From Oopsacas minuta (Eukaryota > Animalia > Porifera), in NCBI GenBank assembly GCA_024704765.1, contig JAKMXF010000344.1, forward strand, positions 1-64,000: a stretch of 64,000 nucleotides of DNA, read 5' to 3'. How positions within the stretch are numbered: the stretch's first letter is position 1; the number at the start of each line of letters is the position of its first letter. The position numbers were made by a program, and so were the translations under genes. The notes under the pieces were generated by a model. The model saw only the letters and a program-made list of their open reading frames with translations. It was not told the origin of the DNA and did no database searches. This document shows, piece by piece, positions 24,619 through 38,146 of this stretch.

Positions 24619-26130
24619 GATAGAGAAGTCCAAGCAGTACTCAACTGCTAAGATTGCTCCTAAATTAACATCCAAAGTTGTATGGACATCAGTTCTTGAA
24701 AGAAAAAGTGTTCTTTTAGCTTTTGCAGTTTGGGATCAGCAACAGCAAGTGCTGTATTGATGTATAATGAAAAGTATAAGATTTCCAACCAAGCCTATTA
24801 ATGTATTTCTCTCATTAACAGATTTTGGAAGATGTGTAACATTCATAGGCTAGGGAAGATATTCGACTAGGCTACCCTGATTCAAAGGTTCTCCAGCTTG
24901 AAGCTGATCGTTTTGTGTTCTTTTCAAAGTTTGTAAGTGGCTTCAGGATTGGAAGAGCCAGAGTTGTAGTGGTAGAGCTGAAAAACTTAGTTCACAAACA
25001 TCTACCAACTTAATTCACACTTTCCACGTTTTACCAAGAATCATTGACAATTTAACAAGCAGTGATTGTGGATTTTCTTACGTTTTGAGAGGATTTCTAC
25101 AAAACTATTCTCTTGAAAAACACTGGGCCTTACAGATTGTATCTGGATGCACAACATTTCGGTTTGCCAAATACTTGAGAGTGAACATAGAATTAAAGTA
25201 GCTAACATCTTGAAGTTATATAGAGCTCAAGACAGCAAATTTGAGACTTTGGTAAAGGAATTTGTTAAGACTTTGTCATGTAGCAATGAACCTGATAATA
25301 GTGAAACACTCCAAACAGACCAGAGCATATACTCTTCTCTTCTCCATCATAACTTTGATTTTTCAACGATGACAGATTTTCGTCAGTCCTTGGCTTTCAT
25401 TGCTGGATATACTATACACAGTATTTGCAAATCAATATTGTATTCAAAGCAAGTTATTTCAATCTCACCACTTCATTATGTAATAGTTCTGTATCTTTGC
25501 TCACATACAATGAAACCTTTGTCCTGGAGAGTGAAGATTCTGACTTGAATCTAATACACTTCGCTGACGAAAGAGGGCTTACATATCCTTCAGATGAAGT
25601 TGTCAATGCAGTAATAACTATGTGTAAAATCCTAAATAGAATCGAACAGGACAATCGACTAATGAGACAATTTCTTGCTGGTACCAGTGGAACGATTCTT
25701 ATTCAACTCTCAATTTCGAGGATAAATTTGAGTACCATAGTTGTCAAACACCATTCCATTGTTATCTCAGCAAAATAATATCTGCTACCAGCAATTGTTT
25801 ATTGAAGAATAAATTTCGCAATCAAAACTCGAAAATGAACTTTGAAAAATGCCTCAGGGAATTAAAGAGGTAACTACGAAAGTTACAATCAGAATAGTGC
25901 TTGTATTTTCTGGTACATATGTGTATTGTATTCATAATTTTTCCTATACAGTTTGTTATAGTGATAAACAATCATCACTACTATTCACCTCTATTGTATA
26001 ATATTCGATATACGTAGACTATAATTTATGTCATTTCATCCAGTATCGCTATTGTTGATATTTTGGATTTATGACTTGAAGTAATCCATCCTTCAATACA
26101 GTGAATAGGCTATAGTAACGTAGGCTGTAG
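24616..26130 (+). mobile_element. THAP-P element, 3' half (GTP-binding insertion and C-terminal RNase H), decayed
   Basis: STAKIAPKLTSKVVWTSVLERKSV, GFLQNYSLEKH (frameshifted), NISVCQILESEHRIK, LAFIAGY, GLTYPS. Candidate TIR at 26110-26130. Confidence 0.85.
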
Positions 26131-26159
26131 GTTACACCTATTTTCTAATCATGACAGAG

Positions 26160-26520
26160 TTATATTAATTTATACAGGATCTCCTATTGGTGTCTTTTAG
26201 AATAAAAATGGTCAGGACATTTGAAAATCACTGAAGCTATTCATTCTAAATATCAAACTATGATTGAATTGCTTGAACAATGCAATGCTCTACAAAATTT
26301 AGTGGAGGGCAAGTTGTACAGAGTAGTGATTTATTGGCTATACTAATTAAGTTAGAGTTCCTATTTTGTTTGATATTTATGAAAAAGCACTTAAAGTAGA
26401 ACCAGCAGATCAGATCTTACAATCCCGTATTGCAAGCTTAAAAACGCCATAAAATCATTAATTCTGTATTTACTACAATTAAAGGCTTCAAAATCCAGAT
26501 GAATTTTTTGGGATAGTTAA
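26160..26520 (+). pseudogene. hAT (ZMYM1-like) transposase fragment
   Basis: Frameshifted WSGHLKITEAIHSKY...LEFLFCLIFMKK...PADQILQSR. Confidence 0.55.
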
Positions 26521-27457
26521 ATTCTCCTTTATCGACCATTTTACATTTTACACTAACCAACATATAGTTACTGCAAAATTATACTTGCTACCTTTGTCTA
26601 ACCATGTTTTAACAGGCTGGGCCAACCATAGCCGATATTAATCTACTCCCATCGCAGTCGTCGATCTTAAAAGCATTCTCCAAACATATTTGGAGTAATT
26701 ACAGTTTGATGGTCTCCTGACTCGAACTGATAAATAATGAATAATTTGAGAAGTTTATAACTATACGTATATTATAATGTGTGTGTATTTAAATACAAAA
26801 CGATTAATCTACTAAAAGTTGTCGGTCTGTATCATTCTTCAAACGTCTTCTTTAAAGTAATTACAGTTTAGATGGTCTCTTTACTCGAACCGAAGATAAT
26901 GAATAATTCGAGATGTATCCAACCACTACTAGCCGAAAATCGCCTACATGCGCCGCTTCAGCTAGCTCCTGCGGAAGGCTTTTTCTACTTATCTTCGGTC
27001 CCTTTAAAAATTATCATTGATTGGTAGAAGATGCGCGCGCTTGCTCTATGTGGCCTGCGAACATTTCTTGTCCGTTGATCTTCTGGTATTACTTGTAATC
27101 TTAAGTATCGTCTGTTCACAACTTTAGATATCAAGACAGCATATTTGACATGTACGTATTCTCGTAGTGAGATCTAGTTATCATCTGTAACCAGTAAATT
27201 ATGCAAGGGATAAAGTTAAGCATGGGTAGTAGTAGTAGTGGCCGAAGTATTTTTCCGCTAAATATCCTGACCGGATATTCTACCAACCGGAAAATTAAAA
27301 ACAGATTCGATATAGCTAAACCGCTAATATATAGGAAATAATCCAGCCTAAAACAACGTTCGGAACAACTATTCGATTTCTGTTGAATACCGGTAATCGG
27401 AAATATTCAGTTTGTCGATAACTAGTAGGTAGATTTAAAAGTTAATGATCATACCTT

Positions 27458-27753
27458 TCAAGAACACGTGTCACAGTAAAAAGAGGCTCTAAACACAGTC
27501 TGAATGTCCACGTCAGCACAATAGCAATGAATCCATTCAGAGCAATTGTCACATTACAGCAATCGGATTGATTCTATCGAAGTTTCCCCTTTGTCACAGG
27601 TTCTGGTTCTTTCTTGTGGTATCTACTGCTCAGGGTATCCGACTCGTCAGAGCTGCTGGTTGAGCTAGAAGACCATCTGGAAACAGGAGAAACGCCACGC
27701 TCCCTCGCACTCTTCACTCCAGTCCTCAACTACCTGTTATACCGATCCGCCAT
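27458..27753 (-). pseudogene. Decayed ORF ending in a PHD-finger-like motif
   Basis: Ser-rich region followed by CDNCSEWIHCYCADVDIQTVFRASFYCDTCS*. Contains stops and a frameshift. Confidence 0.55.
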
Positions 27754-27849
27754 CGAGGCCTGAAACACTTCTTCTTTGAGGAATTTCTCAGAAATCACCC
27801 TGCTCTTTGATTCACTTGATAATTTGGATTGTCTCAGATGACGTTAAAT

Positions 27850-30067
27850 CAGTTGTTCCCAACCTTTCCTAACTCACGTACCCCTTCGCGATAGCAGAAT
27901 TTCCCGCGTACCCTGTGGAAAAGTATACTGAGTATAGCATATTAATGTTTATTTTACTAGAAAGAATTATATTATAATAAATTACGTTTCTCAATGAGAT
28001 GGTTGCGATTGCTTCAATGCAGCTAGTTTCTTAATGTCAGGCGAAGTATTTGAATTGCACATCGTATGTCGTCTTGAACAGACAATCGATTCCTGTGTTT
28101 GGTTTTTATGTGAAATAGTGTCGAAAAACCGGATTCACACAAGTGGAAGGAAATGGGATTAGCAGTCTATTGCCAGTTTAGATACTTTGGGGTACGCATT
28201 GACCATCTTACACTAAAAACTAATCAGATGAACTTCAGTGAAAAATTCTTTTGCATTGCTATCATTGATCATTTCAATGAATTCTTCCTGTTCGGCTTCT
28301 GGGATTGAATTAAAATCAACTTTGAGAGTATTTCTGAAAAAATTGAAGTCTCTGTCATTGACATCTTCAAATATGATAAAAATTCTTTATGTAGTGCTCT
28401 CAAGTGCTCCAGGATTACTTCTTTCGTTTCAACATCTAAAACTGTTTTCTTCTCAGTAGTGAGTGCATTCAAAGTATGAAACTGGTTCAATTTTCCTTTG
28501 CTAATTTGGCCACTCCACAGATCTAATTTCATTATTAATGCATTGACCTTACCCACAAAGTCAAGTAGTGTGTTTTCTCTTCCTTGCATGGATAAATTTA
28601 GTCTACTCAGTTGAACTAAAATATCAACAAGGTAGGCAAGTTTTAGGCTCTGCTCGTCAATGTTAAAATGCAACATTAAGTCTTGTTGATTCTTTTGCAA
28701 AATAAACTCTTGAATTTAGACTCGTAATTCAAACACTCGCTTAACTACATTACCTCTGGATAGTCAGCGGACTTCCGTATGAAATAGGAAGGTTTCTGAG
28801 CTTGCATCGAGATCTTTACATAACTCTCGAAATAGACGTGTATTCAAAGAACTACGCTTAAGGTAGTTTACTAATTTGATAACCCCAGACATAACATCCA
28901 AACGCAAAGGTGGGAGTGTTTTAGCTGCAAGAGCATGTCCATGTATCATGCAATGAAGTGACAAAACATCTGAAACTTGAGTTATAACTCGGGCTTGAAA
29001 TTCCGAATGACATCCTAACATTGCTGGAGCTCCATCACTACAGACACCACATAGGTTGGACCATATCTAACCGTTATCATAAAGAATTCGTTAACTTTTT
29101 CCAAATACGTCAATTCCTCTTCTTGTTGTTTCTAATGGTAGGCAAAAGAGAGTCTTCTTTGAAATCCCCATCATGAATATATCTGGTGAAGCAAATTAGC
29201 TGAGCACATGAAGCTACATCTGTCGACTCATCTAACTGGATACTGAATAAACCCAACGGTGCTGTTATCATCTCGGATATAACTTGTAACTTGACATCTT
29301 CTGACATATCTACGATACGACGGTGAACAGTGTTATTGGAAATGGATAATGGTGCTAATTTCTTAACGTCATCTTCACCTAACATTAACTTAACTGCTTC
29401 TTTGATGCAAGGAAGGACCAAAGTTTCCCCAATTGTATGTGGTTTATTTTGTTGAGCAATTTTCAAGGAAATAACGTAAGACGCTTCAATTGCTGAAACT
29501 GAAAGCTGATTAAACTTCCCAGTGGTATCTAATCTGACTTTCTTTAAACCACTTTCTTTTCATTGAAAATACGAGGAATCTTTGTCTCTAAGTTCAGGAT
29601 GACATGTTTCTAAATGTCTATTCAAAATGCTGGGTTTCATGCTGTCAACAGAAAGTGTTCTAATGCAGATAACGCACTGTGGACGCTCAAATGTTATTGA
29701 TATTGATTGAAGTAAAACCATATTCAATATATTCGTCGGACTACATTCGTCTTTTCTTTCCAGATGCCATTAAGAATAAGGGTACGATGTTGCAGAATAA
29801 GAATGGATGAATAAGAATGTATGTAATAACAAGTATAGACTATCTATTTATATTCATCACTGAAATATGATGTTTATATAAAACACTAAACTAATGAATA
29901 CATACGTAAGTAGACATTGTATAACAGTAAGTTTTTAACGCCAACATTATTATTATTCGTCAACTTGAAACCACAAATTATAGTTACCAATAATCTATAA
30001 TATCTCAATTGAGGAGTTTGCGTAGCCCTAATAAAATGGCTCGCGTACCCCAGGTTGGGAACCACTA
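27850..30067 (-). mobile_element. hAT Buster/ZBED5-like transposon, full length but decayed
   Basis: 8-bp TSD CGTTAAAT; TIR CAGTTGTTCCCAACC / GGTTGGGAACCACTA. Broken ORFs KPHTIGETL, IQLDESTDV, HCMIHGH, HTEVRW, LAYLVDI. Confidence 0.92.
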
Positions 30068-31423
30068 CGTTAAATGAACTTGATTCATTTGACGTCATCT
30101 GAGAAAACGCAAATTATCTAAATTGATATAGGTGTAAGGTCCCTCAACAGTATGCAAGCCCCAAACCGAACGGTCATGACTCCCCGCTAGCGCCTCATAC
30201 CTACACGCTTCGGAAAGTTCGGATTAACGCAAGAACCGGCAAGACTAGACACAAAGAATGAGCTGAAGTTGGCGCAGAAACAAATCGAGCACATAATAGT
30301 GAAAGTCTTATCAAAAAGTACGATGAGCAACCAACGACCTCTACCAATATAGAGTAGTCCCTACTTTGGTGGTGTTTGGCAATTAGCAACCATGCAAAGC
30401 GTTCGTCAATGCGCTAACAGCTTACCGTATAATTATAAAAATTAGCAATCACTATATATACTTCCGAAAACAGGAGAAATTATCCTAGTAGATGGATAAA
30501 AATGAGTCAATTTCGCAAATGAGACTATAGTAGTAAATTGCAAAAACATGTAGATATATACTATGTATGTATCTTGTTTATAAAGGAATTACATATAATT
30601 CAATAATCCTTCACCAAATATATCAAACATGCTGAATCCGATTTTCACACTTTTGGATTAATCCTACTAAATTTATTGTTGTTTTTGTGAATATAAAGTG
30701 AACAAATAGTTGAAATCTTAAAACATACATAAATACCAGCTATTACCGGCTACCATGGGGTAACAAGTAAGCTGAAACTGATTTTGGCATTTCAAATTTC
30801 TCTTATATAAATGCATTTGTTGTTTTTATGACTATTATAATGAACAAATAGTTGAAATCTTAACATTTATGCAGAGACCTGCTCGGATATTCCACATCGT
30901 GGGAGGTCTACAAGTTGTATATAGTATTTCGATGTAACAACGCTTACTAGGGCGTCCCATGCATTTATTAACTCGAAGACAATATTGTTCTTGACATGTT
31001 GTAGGAGACAATCCAAGTGAGGTGAATGCTTGGGAAATCCCTGTAGAAGTTGGACTAACTACTATCTGAGATGTAAATTCAGATTGAGGGGGACATACCG
31101 ACCCTAAGCCGAACCGTCAACCCCCTCCCTCCTTTGCGTACCTCATACTTATACATAGTAGCGTCGAGAGCGTGGGCAGGGGTCAAAAATTTAGTGAGCA
31201 CGGGCCCGTTGCCCATGCTCACTAAAGTTTCTCTCTCACTCCACCACATGCTGGTCAGGCGTTCCTATAATCAATTCAACCTTCATGTGAGTTGTCAAAA
31301 ATTATATTTATTAGTGTCATATCCCAGTATGGAGCTCTCATTTCCTCTTTACATTGGCCAGAACCGTGTACACCCATAAAATAGTTCTCGTTAGTTGCTT
31401 ATGGAGTTCAGATAGTCAATGTA

Positions 31424-32427
31424 CAGGGTGTCTAATAAGTTCTGTCCTCATATATAATATCTCATTGCATAGTCACGTATGAACATATAAGAAGTGTTAG
31501 ATCCATAACTTGTAGCATTCTTTTGCTCTTTCTAACGACATAATAGGTTTCTACATAATATTGGTTATTACTTGTGAAAATAATGACTGAAGAATTAGAT
31601 ACAAAAAATTATCGCACTTTTCGAAACAGGTAGCTCAAAAAATGGAAAGGTTTCACCTAAGCTAATATATCAACCATAAAACGATATAAGGATACTGGAA
31701 GCTTGAGTGACAAACTTAGATCCGGTCGTCCAAGGTTTGTAAGGACTCCAGCCTTGAAAAACAAAGTCCGCAGCCGAATTTCTCAGAATCCCCGGAAATC
31801 CATTAGGAAAATGGCCAATGAGTTATCGGTTAACCATGAAACGATGCGAAAGCTGGTAGTTGAGGATCTAGGGCTAAAGTCTTTTAAAAGAAAGAAGGTG
31901 CACCACCTTAACCCGAGCATTCGGACTAAGAAGCTGGTTAGATCGAAATCACTTCTTCAGCGGTCCGCTCCTGGGGCCCAAGACAATATCCTCTTCTCGG
32001 ATGAGAAAATTTTCACGATTGAAGAGGTTGTAACGGATAAAATGGTTGGTTCTTGCTACCAGTTCCACAGCAATTCCAGAAAACCTGAAATACATCAATA
32101 GAGCGCATAAGCCATTGTCTGTGATGGTCGGGGTGGTGTGTCTGTCCGCAAATGCACGGACATATCTAATTTTTATCCCCAATGGGGTCAAATTAACTCT
32201 ACGTCATCCCAAGAATTGATTTTGGAACAGGAAATCAGAGTAGCTGGACAAATCTATTTAGAAATAACGCTTGGATCTTTCAACAGCATTTTGCCCCTGC
32301 ATATGCATCCAAAAGCACTCAAGACTGGTTAAGAGCAAGAAAAATCGAGTTTAAAAGCAAAGACGAATGTCCCCATCTAAACCTGATCTGAATCCGCTCG
32401 ATTATAGCGTCTGGGCTAACCTGGAGG
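31424..32427 (+). mobile_element. IS630-Tc1-mariner element of maT/DD37D type, 3'-truncated by a hAT insertion
   Basis: TA|CAGGGTGTC TIR; RSGRP, FSDEKIF and PDLNPLDYSVW. About 37 residues separate the second and third catalytic positions in a manual frameshift reconstruction. Confidence 0.8.
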
Positions 32428-35140
32428 CAGAGCCGGATTAAGCAATTCCGAGGCCCTGGGCTAAATATTCAATCAGGCCTTCGAACGCTTTACACCTAAA
32501 ATTTATACAGAGTAAATTTGTTAAATGTATTTCACTAAAGTTTTGTAGAATTAATTATAGTATAAAATTATATGACATCCATCAAAAATTAACTTTTCGA
32601 GACTTCATTTCAACAAATATCCTTAGTACATCTTCAAATTAAACTTTTTTGAGTAGTTCGCTTTCAATTGACATGAGAGATAGGTAATTAAGTATTTTCT
32701 GTTTCATTTAAAATAAGTTTCAACTTTGAAAATGAGCGCTCTCCTGTTGCATTAGTTATCATGAGTGAAAAATATATACGCATCATAATTTCTACATTCG
32801 GAAATGTTGATACTAGTTGATAGTCAAATAAGATAACATAAATTTGTTGAACTGATACTAGGCCACAATTCCTGATTTCTAAATCCACGAAGTGACAAAA
32901 GTGCTTGTGTTCCTCTGTAAATTCTTCTCTAAGTCCGATCAGTATTCTTGTCTTAACCGTTCACATGCTAGTTCAATATCTTTTTCTGATATATGTCTGA
33001 ATTCATAAAGAAAGCCAAATAAATTATAGACCTGTTCATATGCTTCGATGCGTGTTGAGTGCTACAGATAAGTTGTCCAAAATGGGTAAAAACGAATCTA
33101 CACGGAATTTCAAACTTCCATCGAGAACTAATCTTCTGAATTGCCTTTCCAAACTGTTTTCTCTCTTAATTTGACGTTTTGTCGATTGTCTATACTCCTG
33201 ATTGATAACTTTGTCTTTTGCAGCCATTTCAAAGTAATCAAACTTCTCACGTAATTCAACAAAATCCATACAGTGCTTTCAAAAGTTTCACTGTTGTAGC
33301 AAGCTCCATTTTATCTTTTTGAAGTGCTTCGTTCGTTTTATGTATTCTTTTAAGAATCTGAAGCCAGAAATCTGTCATAAATACAGTTTTTAGATGAGAT
33401 AATTTAGAAGAGAATCGCCTTCCTGACGTGTTTCACATCTCTGCAGTTAATTTCCTGCGAGATCTTTCAATGCTACTTGAATTTGAGTGTATCCAAAAGA
33501 AAGTGATTTGATCGCATCAGCATGTGCTGACCATCTAGTGTCTCAAAGTCTCTTTACTATTGATAAATTTGATCCAAGTGGCTTTGTTAATACTGACCAT
33601 CGATAAGTTGATGCAGAAAAATACATACACATATTGGACTATTCCAAAAAAAGAGACTGCCTCAGCACAACTGTCAACAGCACATAATCCTAGTGAGTTG
33701 AGTGAATTTGCGGAACAGGTATGTATACCGCATTATAAATTACTTCACGTATTCGAGCTTGCATCCCTTTATATCGACCTGACATGTTAGAAGCATTGTC
33801 ATAAGATTGGCCCCTAATACCACCTACATAAATGCCCTGTTTCTTCAAGAATTGTAGGACTGTATTCGCAAGATTTTCGCCAGTATGACTTTCAATCGGA
33901 AGAAACTTGAGAAACCGTTCAGTTACTTGATGACTAGATTTTTCAATGTAACGAAGTGTAATTGTTAACTGATCGACATGACGGAAGTCAGGAATAGAAT
34001 CAACACTCAAAGGGAAATATTTTGCATCCTTAACTTCACTAGTAATAATTAGTAAAAGTTTCTCTCCCATTATTTGTATAACTTCTTCGCAGATTGTAGA
34101 AGATAAATACGATGCTCTGCCTTTCCCTATGTTACTATACTTTGCTAAATGATTGCTTAAAAATGGGTCAAACTCAGAAATGAGTCCGAGAATTCCAAGA
34201 TAATTTCCATTTTGTTCTGAATTAATTTGTTCATTTTGACCACGTAGAGCCAATCCACGGGTCGACAAAAACTCTACTGTTGACACAATTCTCTTCAACA
34301 CACTGTGCCAGTATTCTCTTTCTATCTGCAACTGAATTTCCAGTGAAGTGTTAATTCTTCCAGATAGTTTTCTTCTTGAAATCAACACAAACATAGAATT
34401 TCTATGACCTGAACTGTTCTCATGCTGTGTGATACAAGAAGATGCAGCTCCAGTCACAAATCCTCCATTAGAGAACTGAGATTTTACATCATCAAATAGT
34501 TTGCAAGCAAAGCAGAATATCAAACCAGTAGACGGCGAGTAGAGCAGCCATTCTCTTTTTATTTGTTCAGACTTGAACACTTGCTCTCGAATAGTAGTTA
34601 CTGATCTAGATAAAGAGTGGCCAAGGCACATTAGAAATTTTCTCAGGCCTTTCGAAGTGGTGAAGATATTAATAAGAAGACCATCACATGCAGTCATCCT
34701 AGCAAGAACGGCTGGGAAAGTTGAATCGTTTAGATAATAGTCAATTTTAGTGACCTTCGTACACTTAGATGTAATTCTTCTGTAGAGCCACCATCGCATT
34801 CCAATACATTTTGAGAACTTTACACTACGCTAGTTTCCACTTTGTGATCTTAGACAATGTTTCAATATCTCAGCTCTGGCCAAAGCCATAAAAACATCTT
34901 GGTACTATGTAACACTAGAACTACTATGAAGCATTTAATCCGGATCGAGATTACAGAACTAATCCCGATATTGGATCCCGGATGTGAAATGGATCGAGAT
35001 ACTGGGATTGTAAGCCCTAAACTTCCGGCTTCGTAATAGGAATACGTTAGCCGATACAACAAATTACAAGTGATTTATATTGCAGAAACGATGCATATTT
35101 CGCGAATATATGTATGGCCATTAATACCATAGCCTACTAG
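32428..35140 (-). mobile_element. hAT (ZMYM1-like) transposon, decayed
   Basis: TIR CAGAGCCGGATTAAG at 32428. ORF 33690-34799 has REWLLYS...FCFACKLF (TTF zinc finger), FLSTRGLALRG, SVDSIPD..HVDQ and GQSYDNASNMSG; C-terminal TGERSFSKLK. Other terminus not found. A MITE end is nested at ~34935-35020. Confidence 0.85.
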
Positions 35141-37783
35141 ACGTCAGGCCCATTAATAACTTGAATAGGAATACATAACCCGATGGAACATATTCCATGT
35201 GAATCTGTAAAGTAGAGACTGTACATTTTTGCCCGTATATTTGTATTACATATTCGAAGAAAAAAAATTATCAAGCATTATAACCTAAATATTTCATGTG
35301 TGAGTAAAATACTTATTAAGTAAGTATTTGATAACATATATTATTCTTTGATGCGTGGTAAATGGTTAAATATTGCATCTTTCATTTCGAAGAGGATGTA
35401 AGAAATGATCTATAGATACTTTAATACAAAATATCAACAATATCGTAATACAATGTTGGATCGTTCTTGAGTTGTATTAGAAGCCAGGGATTACATATTA
35501 TTATGAATATCCAATTATAACTCGATAATAGTGAGAATTATTGTCAAATCAATACCGTATAGCTAAATAATACTATCTAGTGATTCGCTGCTAGGTCACC
35601 GTGCGACAAGTTTGTGAATCCGATTTGACATAAAAATGTGTCGTCCCCGGTCTTGCTGTAACTGAAGGAGGAACATCTTTTGTATTACAAATTTTTTATA
35701 TTTTGCATAAAGGTTTATATGGGTGATTGCGTATATCCACTTTGAAATAAAAGATGCAATATTAAAGTCATATAAGACATCAAAATGGCATGTATTAAAA
35801 ATAATGCTTACTACGTATATACAATTTTGAGACTGTACTGAAATCTTGAGCATATACTGATTGACGATTATGCAATCCATTAATTCCGTCCAAATGGACC
35901 GTTTATGTATATATAAATCCTTTATTATTTATGATATAAGGCTAACGCATACCTAGCCCCAAATCCACAAGTTAATGCTTGAGCTTATGTATAAATATAT
36001 CGTATAGATCTTAGAAAATCCTCCTAAAATTATTACATTCCAAACAAAAGGCCAAATATCAAGTTTGAAGCTCTTAGGATATCCACAATCAATTTCGAAC
36101 ACCAAAATCAGTAAGGTTTAAATTCTACAATAAATCCTACATGTCAGCTAGAACAATTATAGACAGCAGAAGCCTCTTTATCGGGACACTTCTGGAGATT
36201 GGTGCCAATAATTCAGAAAACGAAGTCAAACCTGGAGGGGCCAACAAATGAAATTACTGATACTTCAATTTAAATTTCGCAAAAATAGGGTCTTTGCCTC
36301 TCAAACTAGGGGCTCCGGACACCCCAGCGATCCAAAACTGGTTTGAAATCTAACTACACAAATAGATTTCAAACTCGTAATTTTACGATCCAATATTTAT
36401 AAAAACAGTATTTACGAGTAGGGTATTATCCTGGGCATCAGGGTCCTACGTCTAAAATGGTTTTCCAATAATTTCATATGATAAAGAACTTACGTACGTC
36501 TTGGATGAATTTGCACACTTAAAAGTAAATTTGCCCAAACAATGGCTTAGTTCGGGTCGCATACCATTTGTAGAAAATACGATGAACTTCGAATCCTGCG
36601 AAGAAAAGATGAACGCAAAAATCATGCCAAGTGAAATTTGTACAAGAACATGCGTGGACTGTCTCCTTGAGGAGGTGCAACTATATTTAGCGGTCGTCAG
36701 CACAGTGGGAAAATCAGGCACTTCAGGGGAAATAGGCATGTTGGTAGTAACTTTGTTTTTGAAATTTTGTGTATATAGTAGTCGATGCAGAGAAATCGAT
36801 TGGAAAAGCCACAGTTTAGTCGATTTCATAAAATGCATAAGATTTATCGTTAATGCATTGATAATATATGAATTTTGGAAACCTATGGGTTATAAAAATG
36901 AATTTAATAATGTGTTGAAATTTTTGATAAGTCCTAGTTTCCACTGATATATTCCCATAATATTGTATTATGAAGAAGATCATAACGATGTTAGATCAGA
37001 ATATGTATTGGTAAGGCAAAATAGCTAATAGAAAGTCAGGAAAATAGTTCAATGGAATGCAGTTACAGTTCGTTTTAATAGTTTGTAAATATATCCAGAT
37101 TTATCACGAACACTTGGTTGAATTGCTATCTTGGTGGAGGGTTATGAAATGGATAGAACAAATCTATACTGATTCTAACACAATTGGCTCCCAAAATCGT
37201 CCATATTTAGTCGTTATCCAAATACCAGTATATCCAAAGGATTTCTAAATTTTAGAAGTGATATGCAGACAAATAACCTAAGTGTATTGTGGGTGCATTT
37301 GGCCGCGTCTAGAATTAATATTATAACAAAGCCTTTTTTTAGCTTCCTATATATTTGTATAAACTATCTACTCACGATAAGTTTGAGGACCGTGAATAGA
37401 AGGTGCAGACATGTCCGAAACGGATATTTCCACCTAATTTACAACCAATATTTTGTAAAAGTCTGAGAATCACAACCAACTGTAATAATTTCAATAGACA
37501 CTCTAGATTTTGAATAAACAATGATGTTAAGTTTAAAGCTATATAACTTGATCTAAAATAATGTACAAATGGTTACATACAATTGATTATGAAACCACAA
37601 GTTAGCATTTTCGAAATTGATATATACTTTCCTAAGTATTTACAATAACTCAATGAGTTCAAGTCTCACAAGCACAAAATTTAGAATTCTAGGAAATAAA
37701 AGAATTTTCAAATAACGAGGATGAAATCTAAACAATCTAAGCATGTCAAAAATATCAATTTCCACCTATTTGCATACTGTAGT

Positions 37784-38011
37784 CAGCGGCGTAGACAGGT
37801 GGCGCGATATGATATTTACTACTATCAGGTTAATTTATGGACATTCAAAAAATTAAAAATTACATTAATAAATACAATACTATATTTAATTGATTTAATA
37901 TCTAGACAAAAGGATAAAACGTTAGTTAAACTGGTATGGTGGTAAAATAGTTTTGAATACAATAGTGCTAAAGGTGGCGCCACCTCACTTATAGAGTTAC
38001 CTACGCCCCTC
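37784..38011. mobile_element. hAT-type MITE just downstream of RAD1
   Basis: TIR CAGCGGCGTAG / CTACGCCCCTC; 8-bp TSD ACTGTAGT / GCTGTAGT (7/8). Confidence 0.7.
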
Positions 38012-38146
38012 GCTGTAGTACACTTAAGCAAAATCTGAGGCACGGATTGTTTAGCATACGGACGCGGGGAAGTCGCTTAGCGACATAGCAAGTAGAACTC
38101 TATTAATACTTAATAACTATGGTATCAAAGGAGCCAGTTTATATAC

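Noticed and set aside
24551-24760. Novel small protein
   Set aside because: Chimera of antisense NOF-like sequence and P-transposase frame created at the inversion breakpoint.
27458-27570. PHD finger as a RAG2 remnant
   Set aside because: It lies 18 kb outside the Transib TSDs, is a generic PHD pattern, and has no kelch repeats upstream.
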